A DNA stretch of 32,000 nt from NCBI RefSeq assembly GCF_000025505.1, contig NC_013849.1, forward strand, positions 1,320,001 to 1,352,000, read 5' to 3'. The translations under genes were made by a program, and so were the position numbers. Position 1 is the stretch's first letter. Every line of letters starts with the position of its first letter. Positions 8,907 through 18,486 of the stretch are shown here, one piece after another. The notes under the pieces were generated by a model. It searched no databases and was not told the DNA's origin. It saw only the letters and a program-made list of their open reading frames with translations. Source of the DNA: Ferroglobus placidus DSM 10642. GTDB lineage: Archaea; Halobacteriota; Archaeoglobi; Archaeoglobales; Archaeoglobaceae.

Positions 8907-9712
8907 AAAATATGGAAATATATCCAGACTTTCTAGAATTAAAAAAGAAGCTTAAGAAAATTATTGAAGATTTTTATTCACTGAGGACAAAGGGAGCCAA
9001 GGTAATCTCTTTTCCGTCGGGGAAGGGTGGTGTGGGTAAAACAACAATAGTTCTAAATCTTGCGGCAGCTCTTGCGTTAAGTGGAAAGAGAGTAGCAATT
9101 GTTGATTTAAACCTTGCTTTACCTAATGTGTCTTTGTTTCTCCAGAATACTCCTAAAAAAACTGTAACGCACTTTCTTTGTGATGAAGCTGAACTAAGTG
9201 AAATTTTAGTTAAATTAAATATAAAAAAAGCAGAGATAGATGTTTTTCCAGCAGAATCAATTGTTAATTTAGGGAAAAAAGTTAAAATAGAACGAATCAG
9301 GGAGCTTATATTATATTTAAAGCCGAACTACGACTACATCCTTTTCGACCAATCTCCGGGCTTGTCGAAATTTGCGATCTATCCAACCCTTGTTGCGGAT
9401 GTAGTCTTCGTCGTTTCGGCAGATATAAAACCAGCTTATTTGGATGCGATTAAAGTTAGAGACGTTCTCGAGGAGAGCGGAGTTAATTTCAACGGATTCG
9501 TCGTGAACATGACGAAGAGAAATAATCTAAGGTACTTTTACAACGAGAGAGTTTACGCAACGATACCTTACGACTGGAGGTTGAAAAACGCTTTTTCTTC
9601 TGGAAAAACTGTTTTTCAGCTTCGTTTCGGCTTTTTATCTTCAAGCAAGAGAGCTTTTTCGAAATTCGCGGAAAAGCTAATTGAAGATTTTCCCCCAGAA
9701 AGAGTATGGTAA
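8903..9712 (+). CDS. MinD/ParA-family P-loop ATPase (TadZ/CpaE-like position)
   Basis: FPSGKGGVGKTTIVLNLAAALALSGKRVAIVDLNL deviant Walker A; YDYILFDQSPG switch; 4-bp overlap with the coiled-coil gene. Confidence 0.88.
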   Translation: MKNMEIYPDFLELKKKLKKIIEDFYSLRTKGAKVISFPSGKGGVGKTTIVLNLAAALALSGKRVAIVDLNLALPNVSLFLQNTPKKTVTHFLCDEAELSEILVKLNIKKAEIDVFPAESIVNLGKKVKIERIRELILYLKPNYDYILFDQSPGLSKFAIYPTLVADVVFVVSADIKPAYLDAIKVRDVLEESGVNFNGFVVNMTKRNNLRYFYNERVYATIPYDWRLKNAFSSGKTVFQLRFGFLSSSKRAFSKFAEKLIEDFPPERVW

Positions 9713-10233
9713 ACAAGTCTGAAGTTTTGAGGAAATCCGTACATCTTCTTGGTCTCCTTTACATTCCAGCCCTCTTTTATCTTGGAAAAGATTTTATGAG
9801 TGCTGCAGTTCTTTTACTGACAGCTTTTGCCTCTTTTTTAGAGATTATAAGAGCTAAAAAGGAGATTTTTCCCGATTCTATCCTTAGAGAATACGAAAAG
9901 AGGGGAGTTGGAGGCTACCTCTACACTGGTTTGGCATTCTCAATAATTACTCCCCTTTTTCCTCTAAAAGCTTGTGTAATAGCTGCCATTTGTGCCTTTG
10001 CTGGGGATGGCTTAGCCGGAATTTTCAAAAAAGTGAACAGAAAGCTGTCTTTTCCGACGTTTTTTACATTCTCTTACATTCTAAGTTTAACGCTCGGCTT
10101 GGACTGGAAGCTCACCTCAGTTACAATAATTATCTCGGCAATGTTCGATGGAAGAAAGTTTTTGAACGACAACTTCACGATTCCGATTTCCGCAGCGATT
10201 ACCTACCACTTTTTGACAACTTTGTTTGGGTAG
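9706..10233 (+). CDS. SEC59/DGK1/VTE5-like CTP-dependent polyprenol/phytol kinase or phosphatidate cytidylyltransferase-like membrane protein
   Basis: RKSVHLLGLLYIPALFYLG, ICAFAGDGLAGIFKK and FDGRKFLNDNFTIP match the pattern of this membrane kinase family. Confidence 0.7.
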   Translation: MVNKSEVLRKSVHLLGLLYIPALFYLGKDFMSAAVLLLTAFASFLEIIRAKKEIFPDSILREYEKRGVGGYLYTGLAFSIITPLFPLKACVIAAICAFAGDGLAGIFKKVNRKLSFPTFFTFSYILSLTLGLDWKLTSVTIIISAMFDGRKFLNDNFTIPISAAITYHFLTTLFG

Positions 10234-10252
10234 GAGCTGACGGATGATTTTA

Positions 10253-10327
10253 TGCTCCGGCCGGGATTTGAACCCGGGTCACGGGATCGAGAGTCCCGTA
10301 TGATTGGCCGGGCTACACCACCGGAGC
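10253..10327 (-). tRNA. tRNA-Glu (anticodon CTC)
   Basis: Reverse complement GCTCCGGTGGTGTAGCCCGGCCAATCATACGGGACTCTCGATCCCGTGACCCGGGTTCGAATCCCGGCCGGAGCA folds as a cloverleaf: 7-bp acceptor, CGGGA/TCCCG anticodon stem with loop CTCTCGA, CCGGG/CCCGG T stem with GGTTCGAATC. No intron; CCA not encoded. Confidence 0.95.
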
Positions 10328-10351
10328 TCGTAGCTTCATTTTTCGATTCTG

Positions 10352-10359
10352 ATTTATAA
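10352..10359 (-). promoter_or_regulatory. TATA-like element for tRNA-Glu
   Basis: TTATAAAT on the minus strand about 25 nt upstream of the tRNA 5' end. Confidence 0.6.
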
Positions 10360-10417
10360 CACTTTTGATGGAAAAGCTTTTCTTTGTGTAATTACAAAAA
10401 TAAATCAGGTGAGTTAG

Positions 10418-10705
10418 ATGGGTATCTACGTTATTTTGTCGAGGTTGACGGACGAAGGGGCTGAGACTCTGAAAGAAAAACCGGAAAGAGTTAAGGAGGT
10501 CAATCAAGAACTCGAAAGAATGGGAGTTAAAGTTCTTCAGCAGTACGTGGTCTTCGGAGAGTACGATTTCGTCAACATCGTCGAAGCTCCGGACAACATT
10601 ACCGTCATGAAAGCCATGGTCGAACTTGCGAGCAGAGGGACTATAAGAACCGTTACAATGCCTGCCGTGCCGGTAGATGAGTTCCTCGAGGCTTTAAAGA
10701 AGTAA
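10418..10705 (+). CDS. GYD domain-containing protein
   Basis: 95 aa: YVILSRLTDEGAETLKEKPERVKEVNQELERMGVKVLQQYVVFGEYDFVNIVEAPD. Confidence 0.85.
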   Translation: MGIYVILSRLTDEGAETLKEKPERVKEVNQELERMGVKVLQQYVVFGEYDFVNIVEAPDNITVMKAMVELASRGTIRTVTMPAVPVDEFLEALKK

Positions 10706-11800
10706 TCATTCGAGAACGAAGACCGAGCAGTTTAACCCGCCGTACATAACGTTTCTTTCCTCTTTTATTTCGAAAAACTTTTCAGCGTAATGCCTCGCTA
10801 TGTTCTTTTCGGCTGTTATCATCACGAGCTTTTTTTCGAGTACTTTCGAAGCGGACTCGAGAAATTTCGAATAAAGATCTTCGATAATCCCCTTTCTTGC
10901 GATTCTCAAGCCGTAAGGAGGGTTGGTTACAATGAAATCTATGCTGTCGAAGTATTCGTCGAGCTTTCTTGCGTCTCCTTGAATGTAAGTTACCGGAATT
11001 CCGACGTATTCAGCTATTTTTCTCGCTCCTTCTACGTGCTTTTTGAACTTTTCCATTCCGTAAAGCTTCAACTCGACGTCCTTCTCTTCCCATTCCGGTT
11101 CTGGAAGTTTGAACAGCTTTTTGTAAGCGTAATTCTCTCTGAACTTGCAAACGGGAATGTTCTTAGCGATCATTCCGGCTTCTATCAAGATCGTTCCGCT
11201 CCCGCACATCGGATCGAGTAGGCTGTAGTTGTGACTCCACCCGGAAAGCCTGACAAGAGAGGAGGCGATAGTGGGATTCAGAGGGGCTGGATGCTGGTAG
11301 ATTCTGTAGTTTCTTTTGTGCAAGGCTTCGTCTCCAGTGGTGTCGACTCCCACAACGAAATCGTCATCCACCAAATCGCATCTTATTATAACGTCCGGCT
11401 CGTCCAGATTAACTCTCAGCCTGACTCCGAAATCCTCTTTGTATCTGTCTATCACAGCCTGTCCGGCTTCCCTCGCTATGTCGATGGAGGTGAAGCCGTG
11501 TTCTCCAACTCTGTTTGCCCTTATGGCAAAGCTCTGCTCCGGCTTTATAAAAGAAAAGTCGATACTTTTCACCGCTTTATACACATCCTCAAGCTTTTCA
11601 ACTTTAAACCTTCCGAGGAGGAGGACTATCCTTTCCGAGCAGCGGGAAAAGCAGTTTAGTTTTGGAATGTCTTCTATTTCAGCCTCAAAAAATACTCTAC
11701 CTTTGCCTTTTCTCTCCTCTTTTATTCTGCAGCCTAACTCTTTAAGCTCTTCAGCCGCAACGTCCTCTAACCCGGGAGCGGTTGTAGAGTAAAAGATCAT
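10706..11800 (-). CDS. THUMP domain class I SAM-dependent RNA methyltransferase (Trm14/TrmN-like, tRNA guanine-N2)
   Basis: N-terminal THUMP-like region, [17 protein letters not shown] and [12 protein letters not shown] motifs. Confidence 0.88.
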   Translation of the reverse strand: MIFYSTTAPGLEDVAAEELKELGCRIKEERKGKGRVFFEAEIEDIPKLNCFSRCSERIVLLLGRFKVEKLEDVYKAVKSIDFSFIKPEQSFAIRANRVGEHGFTSIDIAREAGQAVIDRYKEDFGVRLRVNLDEPDVIIRCDLVDDDFVVGVDTTGDEALHKRNYRIYQHPAPLNPTIASSLVRLSGWSHNYSLLDPMCGSGTILIEAGMIAKNIPVCKFRENYAYKKLFKLPEPEWEEKDVELKLYGMEKFKKHVEGARKIAEYVGIPVTYIQGDARKLDEYFDSIDFIVTNPPYGLRIARKGIIEDLYSKFLESASKVLEKKLVMITAEKNIARHYAEKFFEIKEERNVMYGGLNCSVFVLE

Positions 11801-13056
11801 TTTTTCCTTATTTCTTCGAGAACTTCCTTGGCTCTATCGAGCCTTACCTTCCTCTCCCTCACGAGAATCTCGACGACTTTGTCTATCTCCTCTCCAACGG
11901 CTCCAGCCATTATCGCGACGTTTCTCGCGTGCAATTCCATGTGCCCTCTCTGAATTCCTTCGGTGGCGAGAGCTCTTAGAGCAGCAAAGTTCTGGGCTAA
12001 ACCGACTGCTGCGAGAACCCTTGCGAGTTCTTCGGCTGAGTTAACTCCGAGTATTTTCAAACAGATTTTTGCGAGAGGATTTACCTTCGTTGCTCCTCCT
12101 ATAACTCCAACAGCCATCGGCAGCTCTATCGTACCAACGAGGTCTCCGTCCTCGTTAACTTCATACCTCGTTAGAGGTTTGTAGCCGTGAATAGCAGCGT
12201 AAGCATGAGCTCCAGCTTCAACAGCCCTGAAATCGTTTCCGGTGGCTATGACAACGGCAGATATACCGTTCATTATTCCTTTATTGTGGGTGGCACACCT
12301 AAACGGGTCTGCTTCTGCAAAAGCGTAAGCCTGCATTATTCCTTCTACGACTTCCTCTCCACCAATAACGTTTTTGTCGAAGATCGCCTTAGCTCTTGCA
12401 AGCCTGTAAACGGCTAAGTTCGAAATTATTCTGAGATAAACTTTTCCTCCGGTTATTCTCTCTATCAGCGGAGCTACGGCTTCAGCCATCGTATTTACGG
12501 CATTAGCACCCATCGCATCTTTCACGTCAACGAGCAAGTGAACTATTAGCATTTCTCCAAATCTCGTGTTTATAACTCGGGCTTCAACGTCCTTACACCC
12601 TCCACCAAGATTTACGAGAATCGGGTCTTGCTCGTTAGCCTTCTCGATTATTTCTTCCTTATGCCTTAAAACTTCAAATTTTGCCGAATTCGGGTCTTTA
12701 AGCTTCGTCACCTGTATCTGTCCGATCATTATGTTGCCGGAGTAGTCCGTGAAAAATCCTCCTTTTGCCCTCGCCATCTTCGCAGCGTTGCTTGCTGCAG
12801 CTACAACGCTCGGCTCTTCAATAGCCATGGGAATTAAGTACTCCTTTCCGTCGATGAGGAAGTTCGTGGCTATGCCGAGGGGAAGCTCGAAAGTTCCTAT
12901 GACGTTTTCTATCATTCTATCAGCTATATCGTTCGGCAAACCCTTTTCGAGAAGAGCGTTCATTTCTTCTTCGCTCAAATTAGCGAATTCGGCAACTTTT
13001 CTCAATCTTTCTTTAACGCTCAGCTTGTAAAAACCCGGGATTCTGGAAGTTTTCAT
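11797..13056 (-). CDS. mvaA: Hydroxymethylglutaryl-CoA reductase, class II (bacterial-like/degradative type)
   Basis: 419 aa: [67 protein letters not shown]. Confidence 0.93.
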   Translation of the reverse strand: MKTSRIPGFYKLSVKERLRKVAEFANLSEEEMNALLEKGLPNDIADRMIENVIGTFELPLGIATNFLIDGKEYLIPMAIEEPSVVAAASNAAKMARAKGGFFTDYSGNIMIGQIQVTKLKDPNSAKFEVLRHKEEIIEKANEQDPILVNLGGGCKDVEARVINTRFGEMLIVHLLVDVKDAMGANAVNTMAEAVAPLIERITGGKVYLRIISNLAVYRLARAKAIFDKNVIGGEEVVEGIMQAYAFAEADPFRCATHNKGIMNGISAVVIATGNDFRAVEAGAHAYAAIHGYKPLTRYEVNEDGDLVGTIELPMAVGVIGGATKVNPLAKICLKILGVNSAEELARVLAAVGLAQNFAALRALATEGIQRGHMELHARNVAIMAGAVGEEIDKVVEILVRERKVRLDRAKEVLEEIRKK

Positions 13057-13076
13057 GGGGTGAAGTTGAATAAGAG

Positions 13077-13087
13077 TTATTTATTAA
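13077..13087. promoter_or_regulatory. Shared divergent AT-rich TATA-like element (TTATTTATTAA)
   Basis: Only strong AT box in the short gap between the mvaA start (13056) and the preferred ubiD-like start (13105); about 20-28 nt from each start. Confidence 0.45.
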
Positions 13088-13104
13088 GCTTTCCTACGAG
13101 AGCT

Positions 13105-14331
13105 ATGAATTTCAGAGACGCTATGAATGTAGTGGAATACGAGGTTGTGGAAGAGGAAATAAAGCACGATGAGGTGGTGGATTTTCTTAAAAAGAGAAAG
13201 CTCCTCGACAAACCCTGCCTTCTGAACGTTGAAGGAAAAAGGGTTGCCACGAACTTCGTTTCCAGCAGAGAACTTGTGGCTAAGTATCTGGGAGTTAAAA
13301 AGGAGGAGCTCGTCAAAGTTCTTGCTAAAGTTGAAAGCGGAGACGTTTCAGTTCGCGAGATGAATTATGATGAGCTGAGAGATTTGAACGATTTGCCGAT
13401 AATTAAGTATTTCGAGGGGGATGGGGGAAGATACATAACAGCCGGAGTTGTTATCGCTTGCAAAGATCCCGAGAATTTCAGCACTTACAACGCGAGCATC
13501 CACCGCCTCATGGTTGTCGATGAGAAAAAGCTTGCCGCAAGGTTAGTTCCTCCGAGACACACTTACCTTCTCTGGAGGGATGCGGTGGAGAAGGGAGAAG
13601 AGCTTGAGATTGCCGTATGCATAGGAGTTCATCCTCTTTTCATGCTCGCCTCTTCTACAAGGCTTCCAGAAGGAAAGGAGTTTTACTACGCTGCCGGGCT
13701 GATGGGGGGATTAGAAGTTTCCGATGTGGATGGAATTTACTGTCCGGAATCTGAGGTGATAATCAGAGGAAGAATCACAGCTGAAACTGTTAAGGAGGGT
13801 CCTTTTGTAGATATAACGGGAACTTACGATCTCGTGAGAGATGAGCCGGTTGTGGAGGTGGATAAAATTTACGCAAAGGAAGATTTCATATACTACTCGA
13901 TAACTCCCGCTTCAAAGGAGCACCAGATTTTGATGGGTCTTCCGGCGGAGCCCGAAATTTATAAAGCTGTTTCAAAGGTTTGCAGAGTGAAAAACGTTGT
14001 TTTAACTCCAGGAGGAAGACACTGGTTGCATGCGGTGGTTCAGATAGAAAAGAGGACTGAAGGAGATGGAAAGAATGCTATATTGGCTGCTTTCGCAGCT
14101 CATCCGAGTTTGAAGCACGTGGTTGTGGTTGACGACGACATCGACGTATACAATTACGAAGATATCGAGTTTGCCATAGCCACGAGGTTTCAGGCTGATA
14201 GAGATCTGGTCGTAGTTAGCGGGGCGAGGGGAAGCAGTTTAGATCCGTCAGCGAAGGACAACATAACGGCCAAGATGGGTATAGATGCGACGATGAAAGG
14301 TGATAGAACGAAATTCAAAAGAGTTCTTTAA
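13105..14331 (+). CDS. UbiD family decarboxylase (possibly the anhydromevalonate phosphate decarboxylase-like branch)
   Basis: MNFRDAMNVVEYEVVEEEI...IVIACKDPENFSTYNASIHRLMVVDEKKLAARLVPPRHTYLLW...GSSLDPSA. Start moved from 13060 to 13105 based on the TATA-like element and homology-style N-terminus. Confidence 0.85.
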   Translation: MNFRDAMNVVEYEVVEEEIKHDEVVDFLKKRKLLDKPCLLNVEGKRVATNFVSSRELVAKYLGVKKEELVKVLAKVESGDVSVREMNYDELRDLNDLPIIKYFEGDGGRYITAGVVIACKDPENFSTYNASIHRLMVVDEKKLAARLVPPRHTYLLWRDAVEKGEELEIAVCIGVHPLFMLASSTRLPEGKEFYYAAGLMGGLEVSDVDGIYCPESEVIIRGRITAETVKEGPFVDITGTYDLVRDEPVVEVDKIYAKEDFIYYSITPASKEHQILMGLPAEPEIYKAVSKVCRVKNVVLTPGGRHWLHAVVQIEKRTEGDGKNAILAAFAAHPSLKHVVVVDDDIDVYNYEDIEFAIATRFQADRDLVVVSGARGSSLDPSAKDNITAKMGIDATMKGDRTKFKRVL

Positions 14332-14384
14332 ATTTCGAAAAGATTAAATTATGAAATCCTCACCAAGGTTTGGAGGTGTTTTGC

Positions 14385-14555
14385 ATGCCGGCTAAGGTTA
14401 ACCCGGACCTGTGCACAGCCTGCGGAACGTGCGTGGATGAGTGCCCTGTCGGAGCTATAGAGTTGAACGATGTGGCTGTGGTAAATGAAGACGTCTGCAC
14501 CGAATGCGGAACTTGCGTAGACGTTTGCCCGAACGATGCTATAACGATTGAGTGA
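14385..14555 (+). CDS. 2[4Fe-4S] ferredoxin
   Basis: 56 aa with two CxxCxxCxxxCP motifs: [12 protein letters not shown] and [12 protein letters not shown]. Confidence 0.95.
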   Translation: MPAKVNPDLCTACGTCVDECPVGAIELNDVAVVNEDVCTECGTCVDVCPNDAITIE

Positions 14556-14592
14556 GCGGTAAGTTTTTAACTAACTCAAACTTTCTTTTTTT

Positions 14593-15228
14593 ATGGGCTT
14601 GTTGCTATCACTAAAGAAGAAGTTCGGCTTTATCCTTAAGCTATTCTTCAAAAAAGACAAGATGCGGATAGGAATTTACGGTCCGCCAAATGCGGGCAAA
14701 ACGACTCTCGCGAACAGAATTCTGAGAGACTGGACTGGCGATGTGATGGGAGTAGAAAGCGAAATCCCCCACGAGACGAGGAGGGCTAAGCTTAGAGAAG
14801 GAGTAAAGATAGAGGTGGACGGAAAATCTCTAACCATAGACATCGTCGACACTCCTGGCATAGCTACGAAAATAGACTTTCACGACTTCTTAAAGTACGG
14901 AATGAGCGAGGAGGAAGCTAAAAGGAGGGCGAAAGAGGCTACCGAAGGAGTTATCGAAGCTATAAAGTGGCTCGACGATTTAGACGGAGTGCTTCTCGTT
15001 ATGGATTCAACCGAAGATCCTTACACGCAGGTGAACGTTACTATAGTCGGTAACATAGAGGCGAGGGGTTTGCCTTTGCTCATAGTGGCGAATAAAATAG
15101 ATCTGCCTAACGCTTCTCCGGCGAGAATAAAATCCGCTTTTCCTCAACACACTGTGGTGCCGATTTCGGCTCTTAAGGGAATAAACATAGAAAACCTCTA
15201 CAGAGCGATGGCTGAGAAGTTCGGGTGA
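14593..15228 (+). CDS. Era/Obg-like small GTP-binding protein
   Basis: [43 protein letters not shown]-motifs. Confidence 0.9.
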   Translation: MGLLLSLKKKFGFILKLFFKKDKMRIGIYGPPNAGKTTLANRILRDWTGDVMGVESEIPHETRRAKLREGVKIEVDGKSLTIDIVDTPGIATKIDFHDFLKYGMSEEEAKRRAKEATEGVIEAIKWLDDLDGVLLVMDSTEDPYTQVNVTIVGNIEARGLPLLIVANKIDLPNASPARIKSAFPQHTVVPISALKGINIENLYRAMAEKFG

Positions 15229-15584
15229 TGGTTATGGAGGGCGTTCAGCTGAGCCTGATCTCTAAGGAAAAGCTCGAAAAAATGGCTTCAATGGAGAAGC
15301 TCAGAATGATTCTCGACAGCGTGAAAGAGGGAAAGATAGTAGTCCTCGAAAGCGGATTAACACCTGAGGAGGAGGCTAAGCTCATAGAAATGACTATGCT
15401 GGAAATAGATCACGAGAACTTCGTTGGAATCGAAGTAGAAAGCTATCCCTACAAGGAGAGCTTCCTCTCCAAAATATTCGGAAAGAAGAAAGGTAGATTG
15501 ACCGTCATAGGACCTGCTAACAGGCTGAAGACTTTGGAAAAGAAAGAAGATTTGATAACGGCTCTCGTTAAAATAGGGGATTGA
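15225..15584 (+). CDS. DUF2073-like protein
   Basis: [52 protein letters not shown]; adjacent to the GTPase gene as usual in euryarchaea. Start may be an internal Met. Confidence 0.75.
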   Translation: MMVMEGVQLSLISKEKLEKMASMEKLRMILDSVKEGKIVVLESGLTPEEEAKLIEMTMLEIDHENFVGIEVESYPYKESFLSKIFGKKKGRLTVIGPANRLKTLEKKEDLITALVKIGD

Positions 15585-15585
15585 A

Positions 15586-15885
15586 ATGCCTCATCAGTGC
15601 ACGAAATGCGGAAAAATCTTCGCCGACGGCGACGTGAATATTTTAAAAGGTTGCGAGTGCGGAAACAACAAATTTCTTTACATCCCTAAGGTTAAGGGAA
15701 GGGAGAAGGAGGAGCTTGAGGAGCAGTTCGAGAAAATCGAGAGCGTTAGGATAATCGCTCCGGGAACTTACGAGATAAACATCGAGAAACTTCTTGAGAG
15801 GGACGAAATCATAATCGCCCTTCAAGAAAACGGAAGATACGCCATTCATCTACCTTCTCTCGTTAAAAAGAAGAAGAGAAAATGA
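15586..15885 (+). CDS. Zn-ribbon containing protein (DUF2072/COG3364-like)
   Basis: CTKCGKIFADGDVNILKGCECGNNKFLY. Confidence 0.8.
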   Translation: MPHQCTKCGKIFADGDVNILKGCECGNNKFLYIPKVKGREKEELEEQFEKIESVRIIAPGTYEINIEKLLERDEIIIALQENGRYAIHLPSLVKKKKRK

Positions 15886-16748
15886 GGTTAAAACTCCTTC
15901 TCGTCCTGTACGCGTTTTCGATCTCTATAAAGCTTATGGGCTATTTGAAAACGAACTATCTTATTCTTCTCGCCGAATCTCTCCACAACCTAACCGATGT
16001 CGTGATTCTCCTAAACCTCCTCTACGCTTTAAGAGTAGCTTCGAAGCCAGCCGATTACTCCCACCCCCTCGGTCACGGACTGGCTGTTAACATCGGTTCG
16101 CTGATTGCCGGAGTCGCTTTCATAACGATAATCTCCTACGAGCTCGTTAAGGAAGGTATAAGCAGAATTTTTTACGAAGCAGAATACGGCGAAGGAGCTT
16201 ATCTTTACATGCTCGCAAGTATGCTCCCGATAGTTCTCGCTTTTTTCGTAATGGAAAAGAGGGGTGTGGCTGAAAAAACTGCCAAAATGGAACTTAGGAA
16301 CGACATTCTCTCCGGGTTTTCCGCCACTTTCGGAGTTCTTGCTGCCGAAAGGTTTGCGATAATCGACTCAGCTTTTACCATCTTCATCGCAGCTATTATC
16401 GGCTACAGTGGTTACATGCTCGTGAAGGAAAATTCGAGAATTTTAATGGGAGCGAGTCCAGACGAAGAGTTCTACGATAAAGTTAAGAAAATTGCCGAGT
16501 CTTTTGAAGAAGTTCGCAGCGTTCACGATGTAATTGCCACCTACATGGGGGAAAACAAGATTCACGTTGACATGCACGTGGTCGTTGACGGGGAAATGAC
16601 CGTAAGAGAAGCTGATAGGCTTACGGAAAAAATAGCGAAGAAGATGATGGAGAACATTCCGGAGCTCGGCTACGTTACGATTCACGTTTGTGCTGAGGAG
16701 AAGGACAGGCTGAAATCTACCTACGAGAAAATAATGGGGGAAATATGA
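15882..16748 (+). CDS. Cation diffusion facilitator (CDF) family transporter
   Basis: LLAESLHNLTDVVILL..., ADYSHPLGHGLAVNIGSLIAG, C-terminal dimerisation domain with HVDMHVVVDGEMTVREADRL. Confidence 0.9.
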   Translation: MRLKLLLVLYAFSISIKLMGYLKTNYLILLAESLHNLTDVVILLNLLYALRVASKPADYSHPLGHGLAVNIGSLIAGVAFITIISYELVKEGISRIFYEAEYGEGAYLYMLASMLPIVLAFFVMEKRGVAEKTAKMELRNDILSGFSATFGVLAAERFAIIDSAFTIFIAAIIGYSGYMLVKENSRILMGASPDEEFYDKVKKIAESFEEVRSVHDVIATYMGENKIHVDMHVVVDGEMTVREADRLTEKIAKKMMENIPELGYVTIHVCAEEKDRLKSTYEKIMGEI

Positions 16749-18158
16749 TTACTCAGCCTCTATCCCAACCGCCATTAAGAACCTCCTCTTTATAGCTTCC
16801 GTCACGAGCTTAGCGAGAGTCTGCTTGTCGGTAACGTCTCCGAATATTCCCAAGGGAATTTTTCCTCCAGCTGCGTGAGCGTGTCCGCCGGCACTTCCCA
16901 CATCTCCGAAAGCCTTTTTCAGAACCTCTCCGATGTTTATCCTCACGTCTTTGTTTCTCGCCGAAATGTAAACGGCATCCTTCATAATTCCGAAGACGAG
17001 CACGGTAGAAATTCCCTCCAGCTTTAGGAGAAAATCGGCTGCCTGCGGAAGGGTGTCTCTGTCGTTTATGAATCCCGCAAAGGAGATCAGGAAGGATGAG
17101 AAAATCTCCCTGTTCTTTATCGCAGTTCCTATGACATCGAGGGTTTCAGTGGACAAAGCCGGACCTTCCATCTTCTCTATCAGCTCGTTGTCTACGAAGG
17201 GGTAGAGGAAAGCTGCCGCAAGGAAATCGGCTGTCCTCGTGTTCTTCTTGAATTCCTCAGTTTCGGTTTGAATTCCGAAGAAGAGAGCTGTGGCGAGCAT
17301 TCTCGTCGGGACTATCTTCAAATCCTGAATGTACTGGGTGAGGATCGTCGCTGTTGCACCAACGTCGTTTCTTAAGTCGTAGTATTCAGCTTCGACGTTC
17401 TCAGCTGGATGATGATCGATAATTATCGAAAGTGTGATATCTTCGGGGATCGAGTTGTTTACTCCGACTCCGGAAGAGTCGACCAAAGCGAATTTATCGT
17501 AAATGCTTAAATCAACCTCCGAAGCTTTCAGCATTTCCACGTTTAAAAGATTAACCATCGCACGATTCTGCTGGTGGGCTATTTCTCCGTAATAAAGAAT
17601 GTCGGCAGCAACACCAAAATGCTTCGCAATCTCCCTCAAAGCCATTGCCGAGGATATCGCATCTGGATCAGGATTGTCGTGGGTGAAGATAGCAAGTCTC
17701 TTACAATCTTTCAAAACGTTCTTCAGCTTCTTCAGCTTTCTAAGATTTTCCGCCCTTTTAAGCTGATTAAGCAAACTCGTTTTCATCGCATCGTACGGGG
17801 TTATGACGATGTCCGCTCCAGCTGCCTCAAGCTCCTCCCTTGCTTTGAAACTTGAAGCTCTCGTTACGATTAAAACCTCAGGAGCGAGAGACCTTATTTT
17901 TTTCACGACGTTGAGGTTCGTTTGATCGCTTGCCGTAAGAACTAAAACAGCGTCAGCATCTTTTAAGTTCAATTTCTTCAGAGTCTCGTCCTTTTCTATG
18001 TCTCCTATCAAAGCTTCGATTTCCTGATCTTTTAAAACCTCTACTTTTTCGGGATTTTTATCGACTGCGATAACCTTTTTGCCAGCTTGAATGAGGTCCA
18101 TTATCACTTGAGAGCCGAAGCTACCGCAACCCAGTATTATGTAGTCGTAACTTTCCAT
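16749..18158 (-). CDS. TrkA-N (RCK_N) domain fused to DHH/DHHA1 phosphoesterase
   Basis: YDYIILGCGSFGSQVIMDLIQAGKKVIAVDKN Rossmann; FTHDNPDPDAISSAMAL, IIDHHPA, GSAGGHAHAAGG. Start chosen at MESYDY, 18158. Confidence 0.88.
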   Translation of the reverse strand: MESYDYIILGCGSFGSQVIMDLIQAGKKVIAVDKNPEKVEVLKDQEIEALIGDIEKDETLKKLNLKDADAVLVLTASDQTNLNVVKKIRSLAPEVLIVTRASSFKAREELEAAGADIVITPYDAMKTSLLNQLKRAENLRKLKKLKNVLKDCKRLAIFTHDNPDPDAISSAMALREIAKHFGVAADILYYGEIAHQQNRAMVNLLNVEMLKASEVDLSIYDKFALVDSSGVGVNNSIPEDITLSIIIDHHPAENVEAEYYDLRNDVGATATILTQYIQDLKIVPTRMLATALFFGIQTETEEFKKNTRTADFLAAAFLYPFVDNELIEKMEGPALSTETLDVIGTAIKNREIFSSFLISFAGFINDRDTLPQAADFLLKLEGISTVLVFGIMKDAVYISARNKDVRINIGEVLKKAFGDVGSAGGHAHAAGGKIPLGIFGDVTDKQTLAKLVTEAIKRRFLMAVGIEAE

Positions 18159-18210
18159 TGTCGAGAAATGTAGAAAGAAAGATATATAAAGGTTTTTCAT
18201 TAGGTTCGGC

Positions 18211-18486
18211 ATGGAACTGGAGGAGATAAGGAAGAAAATAGCCGAGAAATACCTCGAAATTGATAAAAAGTCGGGAGAACTCTTTTTGCTTGCGGTACTT
18301 TTCGAGGAAGTTGGGGAACTTGCCGAGGTCGTTAGGAAAAGGGACGTGGAAAAAATAGAAGAGGAGCTTTGCGACGTTCTCTTTATGATTTTAAGTCTGG
18401 CGAACTACTTCGGAGTAAATCCGGAGAAGAGGCTCGTTGAGAAGTATATCAAAGACGATCCTTCCTCAAGATGGGACCTTCCTTAG
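18211..18486 (+). CDS. MazG-like nucleotide pyrophosphohydrolase
   Basis: FEEVGELAEVVRKRD...EEELCDVLFMILSLANYFGV metal-binding ExxE...ExxD motif. Confidence 0.8.
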   Translation: MELEEIRKKIAEKYLEIDKKSGELFLLAVLFEEVGELAEVVRKRDVEKIEEELCDVLFMILSLANYFGVNPEKRLVEKYIKDDPSSRWDLP

